Notes: generated by a model not told the origin, from the sequence alone. Counted from the stretch's first letter, positions 1 to 10,430 are shown. The stretch: 64,000 nt of DNA from Candidatus Levyibacteriota bacterium (GCA_003152105.1 PLZJ01000002.1:685140-749139); one strand, 5' to 3'. Translations and numbers: made by a program.

Positions 1-265
1 AAAACTGATAGTAGGCGCCGATAATAACAATGGCTGTTGCAACTATGCCTTCTCTAAAATTACCGTACCAAGTGCTAAGAACTATTGCGGGAATAAAGAT
101 AATTGGAAAAGAAGATGTACCGAACTTATCAAATAATAGTAAAGAGATGCCAATACTTACAACGCTTATGCTTATTGTAAACCCATAGGTTAAAAAGGCA
201 TTGGGATTTATAAATTTTTTTTGTAATTTTTTTAAGTCACTTATGGTTAAATTAGGTAATTCCAT
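1..265 (-). CDS. 5' part of a membrane sensor protein (DUF4118/KdpD-type TM domain, probably a histidine kinase); runs off the window edge
   Basis: Manual translation from ATG 265: MELPNLTISDLKKLQKK...FIPAIVLSTWYGNFREGIVATAIVIIGAYYQF, open to position 1; pattern resembles DUF4118 helices. Confidence 0.6.
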   Translation of the reverse strand, partial: MELPNLTISDLKKLQKKFINPNAFLTYGFTISISVVSIGISLLLFDKFGTSSFPIIFIPAIVLSTWYGNFREGIVATAIVIIGAYYQF

Positions 266-335
266 AGGTAATAGTTGTATTATACCTCAAGATTAATAAA
301 TGAAAAGATGGATTGTTTAGTAAGACTCGACCTAT

Positions 336-1034
336 TTAATAGGAGACAAAGTAAGATATATGTGCATTGCTTTGTAATTTTTGTACAAATTGCTGTGTGA
401 GTGTTTGTTGTTTTTGTTGTGTTAATTGTTGTACTGCTTGAGCTCTTATAGTTGCATCATTTTCTCCCTGTGGAATTTGACTTTTGTTTGCCGCTATATA
501 GCTATCTACTTCACTGTTGCTAACTTGTATTTTACCTACCATTTTATTAACTAGCAATTGTTCTCTAACTTGTGTTTGGAAGTCTTCTTGTGACATACCT
601 TGTGAAGTTAATGCCTGTGTTAACGTTTGTCCTTGGCTTGCGAGATTTTTTTCAATTGAACTAATCTGTTTATTCATCTCATCTTGTGAAACAGAAATAT
701 GTCTTTTGTTCGCTTCTTGCATTATGAGGTTTTGAATAACAATGGAATTTAATATCTGCTTTCCACCCTCTTTTTCTAAGCGAGATATTACTTCAAATCG
801 GCTAATAGGTTGTCCATTTACGACTGCTGCAATAAATAAGCCTTTAAAATAAAAAAGTAGCGCAACTATTATTAATATAACTGCAAGTATTATTATTCTT
901 GTCTGCGAAGGTTTATATGAAATTTTTATTGTTTTATTAAATGAGGTTCCAGACTGTGTTGGTTGGCTTGAAACGAGTTTTTTGTTTTGAATGCTTTTAC
1001 TTTTGACTGTTGTTGATTTTTTTTGCTGAGCCAT
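336..1034 (-). CDS. SurA N-terminal domain / PrsA-like membrane-anchored chaperone
   Basis: N-terminal TM followed by AAVVNGQPIS...LIMQEA..I.VS..E motif; no parvulin domain seen. Confidence 0.8.
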   Translation of the reverse strand: MAQQKKSTTVKSKSIQNKKLVSSQPTQSGTSFNKTIKISYKPSQTRIIILAVILIIVALLFYFKGLFIAAVVNGQPISRFEVISRLEKEGGKQILNSIVIQNLIMQEANKRHISVSQDEMNKQISSIEKNLASQGQTLTQALTSQGMSQEDFQTQVREQLLVNKMVGKIQVSNSEVDSYIAANKSQIPQGENDATIRAQAVQQLTQQKQQTLTQQFVQKLQSNAHISYFVSY

Positions 1035-1049
1035 GCAAATAGTATAACA
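1035..1049 (-). promoter_or_regulatory. Extended -10 promoter, leaderless geometry
   Basis: TGTTATACT followed by exactly 6 nt, then ATG 1034. Confidence 0.65.
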
Positions 1050-1084
1050 TAGTTTTTTAAAATGTACACTAGTAAATTATATAT

Positions 1085-1816
1085 TTATTTATCTATATTA
1101 AATAAATTACGTAAATGTTCTACTTCTGATTTTGTCAATTTTCTCCATTTTCCAACAGGTGTATTCCCAAGTTTAATTGGTCCAAATGCAATTCTTTTCA
1201 AATCAATTAAATCTAAAGCTAGTTTTGCGCACATTCTTCTTATTTGTCTATTTCGTCCTTCATAAAGCACAATCTTTAATTGCGTAATATTTTTATGTAA
1301 AGAAATTACAGATACTTTAGCAGGTAAAGTAATTCCATCATCAAGTAATACGCCTGAGCTAAGTTCTGTGAGTTGACTTTTATTTGGTTTATTTTTTGTA
1401 GTTACAATGTAAGTTTTAGGTATGTGATATTTTGGATGTATTAATTTATGTGTCATTTTACCGTCATTAGTTAATAGTAATAAACCATGTGTATCTTTAT
1501 CTAATCTTCCAATGGGATAAATTTTACTATATGTATCTATAAAAGAAGTAACGTCTGTTCTACCCATTTCGTCTGAAGTTGTTGATACGATACCAATTGG
1601 TTTGTTGAGTAGGTAATACTCAAACTCAGTTGGCTTAATTTGATTTTCATCAATTAAAACTTTGTCAATTAATGGGTTACATTTTAATGCAGGGTCTGTT
1701 ATGCGAATGCCATTTAATGTGACGATATTATTTTTGAGAAATTTTCTTATGCCACGTCTTGATGTTATGCCTGTATTGGAAATGAATTTGTCAATTCGAA
1801 CTAATTTTGTATCCAT
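1085..1816 (-). CDS. rRNA pseudouridine synthase, RsuA/RluB family
   Basis: S4 domain, LLNKP, GRLDKDT.GLLLLTND, EGRNRQIRRM. Confidence 0.92.
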   Translation of the reverse strand: MDTKLVRIDKFISNTGITSRRGIRKFLKNNIVTLNGIRITDPALKCNPLIDKVLIDENQIKPTEFEYYLLNKPIGIVSTTSDEMGRTDVTSFIDTYSKIYPIGRLDKDTHGLLLLTNDGKMTHKLIHPKYHIPKTYIVTTKNKPNKSQLTELSSGVLLDDGITLPAKVSVISLHKNITQLKIVLYEGRNRQIRRMCAKLALDLIDLKRIAFGPIKLGNTPVGKWRKLTKSEVEHLRNLFNIDK

Positions 1817-1828
1817 ATATGGTTCTTA

Positions 1829-2488
1829 TTATATAGTAATTAAAAAGGAAAGGAGATACATAAGTAGTATTATGCTTATATCGATAATAAGTGGTATTAG
1901 CAAATAGGTTGCTACATGGGTAAAAAGTGGATTTAAAAGAGGAAGTAAGTATAGAAGAAACAGGTTTTTTTCAAAAATAAAAAGAAATACGATACTTAGA
2001 AAAAGAAGCACAAGATAAAACGTAAGACCTTCTAGATCTTTTCGACTTGAAAACATAGAATTTGAAATAGAGAAAATTATAAATCCTAAAATTCCATACC
2101 ATAGGTAGGTATGGAAATATAAATTTGATTCTAATATATATACAAAAAGAGTGATTACTATTGTTCCGATTAAAACAGGAGCAAATCCAATAAGTGTCCT
2201 AAAAAATATATTAGAACGAGCCATTTCCACACTTCCAAGAGTGATTGCATTTCCATTAAATGTAGGAAGTAGAACAATTTTACCTGTTCTAACGAGTAGG
2301 ATTTTTGCGAATACATAATGTGCAAATTCATGAATAATGGTTCCAGGAAAGCATATAATTGATAAGAGTATCACAGTAAGCTTATAATTTTTTGTCAGGT
2401 AATAAAAAAGTTTTGACAATTTTAAAATAACTATTTTTGAAAGTAAGAAAAGTAAAACAAATTCGAAGATTAATACGATAAAGGGCAT
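1829..2488 (-). CDS. Membrane zincin / M50-like metalloprotease
   Basis: FPGTIIHEFAH (HExxH) within a multi-TM protein. Confidence 0.6.
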   Translation of the reverse strand: MPFIVLIFEFVLLFLLSKIVILKLSKLFYYLTKNYKLTVILLSIICFPGTIIHEFAHYVFAKILLVRTGKIVLLPTFNGNAITLGSVEMARSNIFFRTLIGFAPVLIGTIVITLFVYILESNLYFHTYLWYGILGFIIFSISNSMFSSRKDLEGLTFYLVLLFLSIVFLFIFEKNLFLLYLLPLLNPLFTHVATYLLIPLIIDISIILLMYLLSFLITI

Positions 2489-2491
2489 GAA

Positions 2492-2830
2492 TTAACTAAT
2501 ATTAAGTAACTCGACTTCAAAGATTAATGTTGCAAAACCGGGTATTAGTGGATCAACGCCATATTTTCCGTATGCCAAATCGTATGGTATAGTTAATTTT
2601 CTTTTACCACCAACTTGCATGCCCAATACTCCTTCATCCCAACCTTTGATAACATATCCGACGCCAATTTTTGTTTCAAACGGTTCATCGCGATCAAGTG
2701 ATGAATCAAACTTAGTTCCATCAGTTAGCCATCCTGTATAGTGCATGAGCACTGTGTCACCTGATTTAACTTTATCTCCTTTTCCAATCTTTATTTCTTC
2801 AATTTTTAATGTTAATTGTTTGTCTGACAT
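2492..2830 (-). CDS. FKBP-type peptidyl-prolyl isomerase
   Basis: [36 protein letters not shown]. Confidence 0.95.
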   Translation of the reverse strand: MSDKQLTLKIEEIKIGKGDKVKSGDTVLMHYTGWLTDGTKFDSSLDRDEPFETKIGVGYVIKGWDEGVLGMQVGGKRKLTIPYDLAYGKYGVDPLIPGFATLIFEVELLNIS

Positions 2831-2845
2831 GGTATTAGTATAACA
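2831..2845 (-). promoter_or_regulatory. Extended -10 promoter, leaderless geometry
   Basis: TGTTATACT followed by exactly 6 nt, then ATG 2830. Confidence 0.65.
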
Positions 2846-2852
2846 GGTTTTA

Positions 2853-3887
2853 TTATCCAGTTATAGCAGATACTTTAGGTATTTTATGAATGAGGTAAGC
2901 TAAGAGAAAAGATACTAGAGCAATAATAATAAAAATCACTAGCGTAAATAAAAACATTAAAAAAGAACCTTTAATATGAGCAAATAGTAATTTGCCAATA
3001 TATCTCCAAAATAATTCAAGCACCAGTACATGAATAAAAAATACAAAAAAGGATAAATGAGAAATTTGTTTTATTAGTTTAATATTCCAATGTATGTTCA
3101 TACATTTTCTGTATGTGTAAATAAAAAGTAAAATTGTATATAGTAATATACTAGGACGCCATTGTGTGTAAATGGCAAGATAATTATGTGTATGTATATA
3201 AATAAAATATCCCTCAGTTATAACCCAAATTACTGCGAGAATTAAACCTATTAGAATACGTTTATCATTTTTAACAAGTAATAAAGTGTTCGAATTTTTT
3301 GATATATACATCCCAAATACAAACATAAAATAATTAAGAAGTGCAATCGAGATTGGATTATAAAATGGTAAGGGCAGAATATAATATGTGTAAGCAACCA
3401 AAAGTACTTGTACGAACCCTAAAATAATAATTGTATTTCTTGAAAGAAAAAAGCTTTGGTATTTATGAAGTATTGGAAATAGTAAATAAAAAATTATTAT
3501 GCTTGGTATAAAATATAAATGATAGGAGGCATCGCCTGTTAATATTGTATGAGGGAGATTAATAGTATGAATTGTATAAACAAAATAATAATAAATAATA
3601 CTCCAAAAAAGATAAGGTATTACAATTCTACTTACCCTTCTTTTGAGAAATGAAATATAATGATTAGCATGTCTGTAATTTAGTTCGAGTACAAAACCTG
3701 AAATAAGGAAAAATAATGGTACTGCAAATCTAATAGCTTGATTAAATATAAATACGAAAATATATCCTGATATATCAAATTTTACGACTTCTAATATTCT
3801 TGTAGAGGTATGAATTCCAATTACCGCAAGAATTGCTACTATTCTGAGCACATCAATAACAGGATTGTAAACTTTTTGTTTATCCAT
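2853..3887 (-). CDS. Acyltransferase family 3 (surface polysaccharide O-acyltransferase)
   Basis: [34 protein letters not shown]; about 10 TMs. Confidence 0.88.
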   Translation of the reverse strand: MDKQKVYNPVIDVLRIVAILAVIGIHTSTRILEVVKFDISGYIFVFIFNQAIRFAVPLFFLISGFVLELNYRHANHYISFLKRRVSRIVIPYLFWSIIYYYFVYTIHTINLPHTILTGDASYHLYFIPSIIIFYLLFPILHKYQSFFLSRNTIIILGFVQVLLVAYTYYILPLPFYNPISIALLNYFMFVFGMYISKNSNTLLLVKNDKRILIGLILAVIWVITEGYFIYIHTHNYLAIYTQWRPSILLYTILLFIYTYRKCMNIHWNIKLIKQISHLSFFVFFIHVLVLELFWRYIGKLLFAHIKGSFLMFLFTLVIFIIIALVSFLLAYLIHKIPKVSAITG

Positions 3888-3908
3888 ACATTACTTAATT
3901 ACCAAGAT

Positions 3909-4370
3909 TTATTGGAGCTTTTCTATCTTAGTTATGGTGTAAGTGAGTACACCAGAGGGTGTTTTAATAGTAATTAAATTATGTAAAGATTTTCCAAGCA
4001 TTGCTTTACCAAGAGGTGATACATTTGAAATACTATTTTTGCTAGGATTTGCTTCGATATTCCCAACAATAGTAAAAGTTTTTTCTGATTTATCGTTTAT
4101 TATAGTAACTGTATCTCCCATTGTAATATGAGCAGATTGAGAAGGAAGAATGATATGAGCATTTGAGATCATTGTTTTTAGTTGTCGAAGTCTCCTATCA
4201 ATACCTGATAATTTAAATCGTGCGGATTTATAAAATCCGTTTTCAGATAAGTCACCAAGTTCTCTTGCAGTTTTTAGTTCAATTACTGCCTTTTTTCTAT
4301 CTAGAAGTAAGGTTGAGAGTTCCACTTGTAATGTTTCTAGTCCTTTTTGCGTAAAAAAATACTTTTTCAT
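3909..4370 (-). CDS. greA: GreA/GreB transcription elongation factor
   Basis: ARELGDLSEN; ISNVSPLGKAMLGK. Confidence 0.9.
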   Translation of the reverse strand: MKKYFFTQKGLETLQVELSTLLLDRKKAVIELKTARELGDLSENGFYKSARFKLSGIDRRLRQLKTMISNAHIILPSQSAHITMGDTVTIINDKSEKTFTIVGNIEANPSKNSISNVSPLGKAMLGKSLHNLITIKTPSGVLTYTITKIEKLQ

Positions 4371-4503
4371 TTTGCATACATAGTACTTGCTATAATACCA
4401 TAAAATGTTTAGTTAAAAAAAATGTCGATATTTTTATAACAATTAAATGGCTGAAAGTAACAATAAATTGTAATATGGAGGAATTGTTCTATAATAGAAT
4501 ACT

Positions 4504-5301
4504 ATGAATCAATTAAGACTTTGTACATGGAATATTAATTTAGGTGAAGATAGAGATCAGCTTATAAAATCTATGCAAGGCCCATCTGATTTTAAAAATT
4601 TAGATGTAATGCTTTTACAGGAAGCATCAGTTAAAAGTATGGACGACGCAAAGTTAATTGCTGAAAAGTTAGGAAAAGATTTTGTGCATCACCAAGTGTA
4701 TGTCCAAACACCCACATTTAAATGGTATTCGACGAAAAGAAAAGTAAAGGGAATACCTCAATCAAGTGCATTTATATGGAATAAAAAGACATTTATAATG
4801 AAATCAATTGATGAGTTTTTACTTCCTCCCTACAATAATAAAAAAATGTCACCATATGGCAAAGCAATATATCATTTATCTTCCACGCAACAACGAAAAT
4901 GTATCGTTATCGAAGGGATGTTTAATGGGAAATCAATTAGAATATATAATGTACACTTTGATGTTTTGGGGCCTGTAACAAAAACTAAACAGCTTGAAGA
5001 AATTCTTCGAGATAGTACTAATAGATCTATCGTAGACACTGAAATTCTTGCAGGAGATTTTAATACATATCGATTTTTAAAAAGACCAACTTGGAAGAAA
5101 TTAAATGCAATAACAAAACGTGATGGATTTATCGAATTAACTAGTGATATTAGATGGACTTTTGCCGATAAGAAAATTCCAATAAAGCAAAAATTGGACG
5201 CAATTTTTATTAAACATAAATTACCGCTTCACTTTAATTCATGGGCACTTGATATTATAGGGTCTGACCACTTACCTGTTTTTGCAAATATAGATTTTTA
5301 A
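4504..5301 (+). CDS. Endonuclease/exonuclease/phosphatase (EEP) family hydrolase
   Basis: TWNI, LLQE, NVH, AGDFN, LDAIF, GSDHLP. Confidence 0.9.
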   Translation: MNQLRLCTWNINLGEDRDQLIKSMQGPSDFKNLDVMLLQEASVKSMDDAKLIAEKLGKDFVHHQVYVQTPTFKWYSTKRKVKGIPQSSAFIWNKKTFIMKSIDEFLLPPYNNKKMSPYGKAIYHLSSTQQRKCIVIEGMFNGKSIRIYNVHFDVLGPVTKTKQLEEILRDSTNRSIVDTEILAGDFNTYRFLKRPTWKKLNAITKRDGFIELTSDIRWTFADKKIPIKQKLDAIFIKHKLPLHFNSWALDIIGSDHLPVFANIDF

Positions 5302-5309
5302 TTATATGT

Positions 5310-5717
5310 ATGTTTAAAAAAAAAGATCTTGATCCTCTGTTTGTACCGCTTTATAACGCTTTCGAAGGTAAATTATTGGGAACAAATTGGTTAAAGCAAT
5401 GCGTCTGCGAAACAATCTATAAAATGCCAATTGCAATACAGTCATTTATAACCCAAAACTGTTGGTTTATGGGTTCAATTGATGATGCATGGGCATTTAC
5501 CTTTACAGGAAATGATTTAAAAAACCAACATTTAATTTTTTTAAGTGATGATTTGCTTTTACAAGAAAAAGATCAAATAACATTTACCATTGCACATGAA
5601 ATTGGACATGTAATTTTAAAACATCGTAATTCGACTCTTGTTAAACAATCAAAAAATGAAATTAATAGACAAGAAAAAGAAGCAGATGATTTTGCTAAAG
5701 AATTTGTTTCATTATAG
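5310..5717 (+). CDS. ImmA/IrrE-like metallopeptidase
   Basis: FTIAHEIGH...EKEADDFA (HExxH plus E..AD.FA). Confidence 0.7.
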   Translation: MFKKKDLDPLFVPLYNAFEGKLLGTNWLKQCVCETIYKMPIAIQSFITQNCWFMGSIDDAWAFTFTGNDLKNQHLIFLSDDLLLQEKDQITFTIAHEIGHVILKHRNSTLVKQSKNEINRQEKEADDFAKEFVSL

Positions 5718-5740
5718 TTGCAGCCTAGGATTTGCTTAGC

Positions 5741-5769
5741 TTGTAATCTAGCCTCGATTTCTGTACAAT
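5741..5769 (+). promoter_or_regulatory. Sigma70 promoter of ileS
   Basis: TTGTAA-N17-TACAAT ending 7 nt before the ATG. Confidence 0.6.
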
Positions 5770-5776
5770 AAAAGCT

Positions 5777-8605
5777 ATGCTTAAACCAGTTTCTCCAGAA
5801 ATTAATTTTCCCAAACTTGAAGAAGAAATACTAAGTTATTGGAAAGAAAATAATATATTTGAAAAATCCATTGCAAACCGTTCTGATACAAAAAAATGGA
5901 CTTTTTTAGATGGACCTCCTTTTATTACAGGTATGCCCCATTATGGCACGCTTCTTGCAAGCTTACCTAAGGATTTATTTGGTAGATATTGGACTATGAA
6001 GGGATATAAAGTGCGAAGAGTTTGGGGATGGGATTGCCATGGTCTGCCAGCTGAAAACAAGGTCGAAGTTAAATTAGGTATTAAAAGTAAACGAGAAATC
6101 GAAGAAAAAATAGGAGTTAAAAAATTTATTGAAGAATGTAAGAAATATGTTTCCGAAGTATCTAGTGAATGGGAATGGTATGTAGATCACATCGGAAGAT
6201 GGGTAAATTTTAAAGATGCTTATAAAACAATGGATACTCCTTACATGGAATCAGTTATGTGGGTATTTAAGCAGATGTATGACAAAGGGTATATTTATAA
6301 GGGCTTGCGAGTCTCTTTATACTGTCCGCACTGTGGAACTCCTATTTCTAATTTTGAAGTCGCAATGGATGCCGATAATCATAAAGAAATACAAGACTTT
6401 GCAACAACATATAAGTATCAATTAGAAAACGAAAAAGATACATTTATTTTAGCGTGGTCGACAACCCCTTGGAATAAGATAGTTACACCTGCTCTTGCGA
6501 TAAATCCTTCATTTACATATGTAAAAGTTAAACAAGGAAATGAATATTATATTCTTGCAAAATCAACACTTAAGCACCTAAATAAAGAGCCAAAATATGA
6601 AGTAGTTGAAACAATAAATGGCAAAGATTTATTAGGAAGAAAGTTTGTTCCTCATTATGATTATTATCCTATTGAAAAGGGAGAAAAGAGTTTCGAGATA
6701 GTTGGTGGAGATTTTGTTACTGCTGAAGAGGGAACTGGGGTTGTTACTATTGCTGCTTACGGAGAAGAAGATTTAAAGCTTATGAAAGAACAAAATATTC
6801 ACATCGAAACACATTTAGATGACGAGGGAAACATTAAGGAGAATGTTCCATTGTTCGGTGGCTTATATTATTTAAAGGCTAATAAATTTGTCAACGAAGA
6901 TTTAACTAAAAGAGGTTTAGTCTATAGAGATGAACAATTATTACATACAGTACCGCTTTGTTGGAGATGTCATACCAGATTGTATTTTGCTCCTCAAAAT
7001 GCATGGTTTGTGAATATTCAGGAATTAAAACCAATGCTTAAAGAAACTAACGAATCAATTAACTGGTTTCCAAAGCATTTTAAGTACGGAAGGTTTCTTA
7101 AAAGTTTAGAAAATGCCCCAGACTGGAATATTTCAAGGTCAAGATATTGGGGCTCGCCAGTGCCAGTTTGGGAATGTGAGTGTGGTGAAAATATAGTCCC
7201 TGGTTCAATTAAAGAACTTGAAAAATTATCTGGGAAAAAAATAACTGATCTGCATAAGCCAGGTATTGATGAAATAGTAATCAAGTGCCAAAAATGTGGC
7301 AAGAAAGCACATCGGGTTCCTGAAGTATTAGATAGTTGGATTGAAGCAGGATCTGCATCATTTGCAGAAAGACATTTTCCATTTTCAGGAAAAGATAAAT
7401 TAGAGGATTTTTTCCCACCTGACTTTATTGTTGAATATACTGGTCAAATCAGAGCATGGTTTTATGTACTTCATGTAATAGGTGGAGCTCTTTATACTTC
7501 TAATTCATTTAAGAATGTTGGAGTTACAGGTGTTATCTTAGGTACAGATGGTAGGAAGATGAGTAAAAACTTCGGGAATTATCCTGATCCAAAAGAAATG
7601 CTTGAAAAATTCGGAGGAGATGCTCTCCGTTTATATTTAATGGGTTCGCCTGTGATGCATGGAGAGGATATTATTATTTCTGAAGAGCAGTATAGAAATC
7701 AAGTTAGAGGAACAATGCTTATTTTATGGAATATATATAACTTTTTCATTACCTACGCACAAATGGATAATTGGAACCCAGCAACAATAAAAAGCGATAA
7801 ACAAGTTAGTACAAATGTACTTGATCTTTGGATTTTATCTTTACTTTCGGAACTTGGAGGTTTATTAACAAAGAGCTTAGATAATTATGACACGGTAACA
7901 GCTATTGACCATATTAAAGTATTTATTGACCAATTTTCAACATGGTATATACGACGAAGTAGGGAAAGAACAGGTATATTTGCACAAAACACAAAAGACA
8001 AAACGTTTTTTTATGACACTACCTATACAGTACTTACTTCGCTATGTAAATTATTAGCACCATTTACTCCATTTCTAACGGAAAGTATGTTTAGAAATTT
8101 AACTGATGAAGAATCGGTGCATTTACAAGATTGGCCTGAAATTGATAAAAAGTTTAAAAATGAAGCTTTAGAAACTGAAATGAAGCATGGTATAGAACTT
8201 GCTTCATTATTACTTATGCAAAGAAAACAATTTACTCTACCAGTTAAAATTCCAATCCGTAAAATAACATATAAAGGGCCGATTGCTATTGAAAGAGCAA
8301 TTAGTAGTGTTATACAAGCAGAGGTAAATTGCTATGAACTTACGTATTTGGGAAAGAGCGATAAATACGAATTACCAAATGGAAAGAAAGAGTTTACTGA
8401 TTTGGAAAATCAAGATCAGGTGGCGGGAAATGTAAGAGATATAATTAGAAAAATACAATCTGAAAGAAAAAAATTAGGAACTACTTTCACAGAAAAAATT
8501 AATGTTTCTCTTGAGCAGTGGCCAAAAGAATACGAAGATGAAATAATGAAAAAAGCTAATATATCTACTCTCACAAAAGGTCAGTTTAGTGTGTCTCGTT
8601 TATGA
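5777..8605 (+). CDS. ileS: Isoleucine--tRNA ligase, type 2 (eukaryote-like)
   Basis: DGPPF..G.PHYG, GWDCHGLP, DWNISRSRYWGSP, KMSK, WYIRRSR. Confidence 0.9.
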   Translation: MLKPVSPEINFPKLEEEILSYWKENNIFEKSIANRSDTKKWTFLDGPPFITGMPHYGTLLASLPKDLFGRYWTMKGYKVRRVWGWDCHGLPAENKVEVKLGIKSKREIEEKIGVKKFIEECKKYVSEVSSEWEWYVDHIGRWVNFKDAYKTMDTPYMESVMWVFKQMYDKGYIYKGLRVSLYCPHCGTPISNFEVAMDADNHKEIQDFATTYKYQLENEKDTFILAWSTTPWNKIVTPALAINPSFTYVKVKQGNEYYILAKSTLKHLNKEPKYEVVETINGKDLLGRKFVPHYDYYPIEKGEKSFEIVGGDFVTAEEGTGVVTIAAYGEEDLKLMKEQNIHIETHLDDEGNIKENVPLFGGLYYLKANKFVNEDLTKRGLVYRDEQLLHTVPLCWRCHTRLYFAPQNAWFVNIQELKPMLKETNESINWFPKHFKYGRFLKSLENAPDWNISRSRYWGSPVPVWECECGENIVPGSIKELEKLSGKKITDLHKPGIDEIVIKCQKCGKKAHRVPEVLDSWIEAGSASFAERHFPFSGKDKLEDFFPPDFIVEYTGQIRAWFYVLHVIGGALYTSNSFKNVGVTGVILGTDGRKMSKNFGNYPDPKEMLEKFGGDALRLYLMGSPVMHGEDIIISEEQYRNQVRGTMLILWNIYNFFITYAQMDNWNPATIKSDKQVSTNVLDLWILSLLSELGGLLTKSLDNYDTVTAIDHIKVFIDQFSTWYIRRSRERTGIFAQNTKDKTFFYDTTYTVLTSLCKLLAPFTPFLTESMFRNLTDEESVHLQDWPEIDKKFKNEALETEMKHGIELASLLLMQRKQFTLPVKIPIRKITYKGPIAIERAISSVIQAEVNCYELTYLGKSDKYELPNGKKEFTDLENQDQVAGNVRDIIRKIQSERKKLGTTFTEKINVSLEQWPKEYEDEIMKKANISTLTKGQFSVSRL

Positions 8606-9684
8606 GTAATTCATTATTTTCATTGCGTACTGTTGGCTTGATAATTCCTGCATTGATTTTAATACTTTTTGGTTTAATTGCTCTTTTTTTTATTAACACA
8701 GGGTATTTTAGAAATCAAATTTTTTTTGTTATTATTGCAATTATTGCTTATTTTATAGCCTCACGCTCTAATATTTGGGCAATTAAATTTTATTTATTAC
8801 CAATGTATTTAATTTCCTTATTTTTGCTAGCTTTAGTGTTTTTTCTGGGATTTGAAAGTAGAGGAGCAGTTCGTTGGATAAGTTTACTCGGGGTTAGTGT
8901 ACAGTTTTCAGAAATTCTAAAGCCATTTCTGGGAGTTTCTCTCGCTTTTTTTCTTGCAAGGTGCACATCGCGATCCTTTTTTTCATTTTGCGCACTTATT
9001 GTATTATTACTGCCAATAGTGTTTCTCATTGCAATGCAACCTGATCTAGGAAGCGCGCTCATTTATTTATTTGTTGTATTATTTACACTTTTGGTTTTTG
9101 GTTATCCAATATGGTGGTTTTTGGCAGGTTTATTCTTGCAAGCTCTCCTGTTTCCAATCTTTTGGCATTTCCTACATTCTTACCAACAACAAAGATTACT
9201 AACTTTTATTCATCCTTCAAATGATCCGCTTGGTTCATCATATAATGCAATTCAATCGGTAATTGCTGTTGGGTCTGGTATGTTTGCTGGTAACGGGATA
9301 GGAGAAGGTACTCAATCTACGTTGCGTTTTTTACCAGAACGACATACTGATTTTATATTTGCAACGCTTTCGGAAGGTTTAGGATTTATAGGATCAGTGT
9401 TAATAATTGCAACTTTTTTATTCTTACTTTATAAAGTATATAAAATATTTACATCTGAAAATGAAGGGTTTGCTAAAAACTTGGCAATTATTACATTTGC
9501 AATTCTACTTTTCGAATTTTTTATTAATCTAGGTATGAATATTGGTTTACTGCCTGTAGTTGGTGTTCCTCTTCCTTTTGTTTCTTATGGCGGAAGCGCC
9601 ATGCTTTCAAACTTTATATTACTTGGATTTTTAACATCAGCAACAAATACTGCCAAAACAACACATTCGCTGGAAATTAAGTAG
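8602..9684 (+). CDS. rodA: SEDS family peptidoglycan polymerase RodA/FtsW
   Basis: GAVRW, QPDLGS, LPERHTDFIF, GVPLPFVSYGGS; ATGA overlap with ileS. Confidence 0.88.
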   Translation: MSNSLFSLRTVGLIIPALILILFGLIALFFINTGYFRNQIFFVIIAIIAYFIASRSNIWAIKFYLLPMYLISLFLLALVFFLGFESRGAVRWISLLGVSVQFSEILKPFLGVSLAFFLARCTSRSFFSFCALIVLLLPIVFLIAMQPDLGSALIYLFVVLFTLLVFGYPIWWFLAGLFLQALLFPIFWHFLHSYQQQRLLTFIHPSNDPLGSSYNAIQSVIAVGSGMFAGNGIGEGTQSTLRFLPERHTDFIFATLSEGLGFIGSVLIIATFLFLLYKVYKIFTSENEGFAKNLAIITFAILLFEFFINLGMNIGLLPVVGVPLPFVSYGGSAMLSNFILLGFLTSATNTAKTTHSLEIK

Positions 9685-9707
9685 TACATTTGCTATAATA
9701 CCTCAAT

Positions 9708-10118
9708 ATGCAATATGCAATAATTCGAACCGGTGGAAAACAATATAGAGTTTCTCAAGGTGAAACAATAGAAGTTGAAAGACTAAAAGGGAAAGCAAAT
9801 GATACATTAGTTTTTTCAGACGTACTTCTTTATGTTTCTGATGGAGATTTTCAAATAGGTAAGCCTTTATTAACTGGTATTACCGTTTCTGCAACAATTG
9901 TTGATCATGCAAAAGCAGAAAAGATTAGAGTTGCTAAATATAAAGCTAAAGTTAGATTTCGACGTGTTACAGGACATAGACAACATATAACAAGAGTTAA
10001 AATTGATGGGATTGACACCAAGAGTGTTTCAAAAAAAGTTACAACAAATGAAGAGACTAAAATAATCGAGAAAAAACAAGCAACTAAATCAATAACTAAA
10101 AAGTCAATTAAAAAATAA
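9708..10118 (+). CDS. rplU: 50S ribosomal protein L21 with Lys-rich C-terminal tail
   Basis: YAIIRTGGKQYRV, GHRQ; TGCTATAAT at 9691-9699. Confidence 0.97.
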   Translation: MQYAIIRTGGKQYRVSQGETIEVERLKGKANDTLVFSDVLLYVSDGDFQIGKPLLTGITVSATIVDHAKAEKIRVAKYKAKVRFRRVTGHRQHITRVKIDGIDTKSVSKKVTTNEETKIIEKKQATKSITKKSIKK

Positions 10119-10132
10119 TTGGAATTTAGTGC

Positions 10133-10161
10133 TTGACATGTGTGAAAACCCTAGATACAAT
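10133..10161 (+). promoter_or_regulatory. Sigma70 promoter for rpmA-parB
   Basis: TTGACA-N17-TACAAT. Confidence 0.8.
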
Positions 10162-10184
10162 ATGATGGATTTTCACGAAACTAT

Positions 10185-10430
10185 ATGGCACATACAAAAT
10201 CACAAGGATCAGTTAAGGGAAATCGAGATTCAATTGCAAAACGCTTAGGTGTAAAGCTTTATGGCGGTCAACAAGCAATTGCTGGTAATATTTTAGTTAG
10301 ACAAAGAGGGACTAAATTTTTCGCAGGAAAAGGAGTCGGAATGGGAAGAGATTATACGTTATTCGCATTACAAGAAGGACAAGTTAGCTTTAAACAAAAA
10401 CTAGGTAAAAAAATTGTAGAGGTAAAATAA
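10185..10430 (+). CDS. rpmA: 50S ribosomal protein L27
   Basis: [29 protein letters not shown]. Confidence 0.97.
   Translation: MAHTKSQGSVKGNRDSIAKRLGVKLYGGQQAIAGNILVRQRGTKFFAGKGVGMGRDYTLFALQEGQVSFKQKLGKKIVEVK

Noticed and set aside
10139-10182. Possible parS site upstream of rpmA-parB
   Set aside because: Only half-site resemblance; no 16-bp TGTTTCACGTGAAACA-like palindrome
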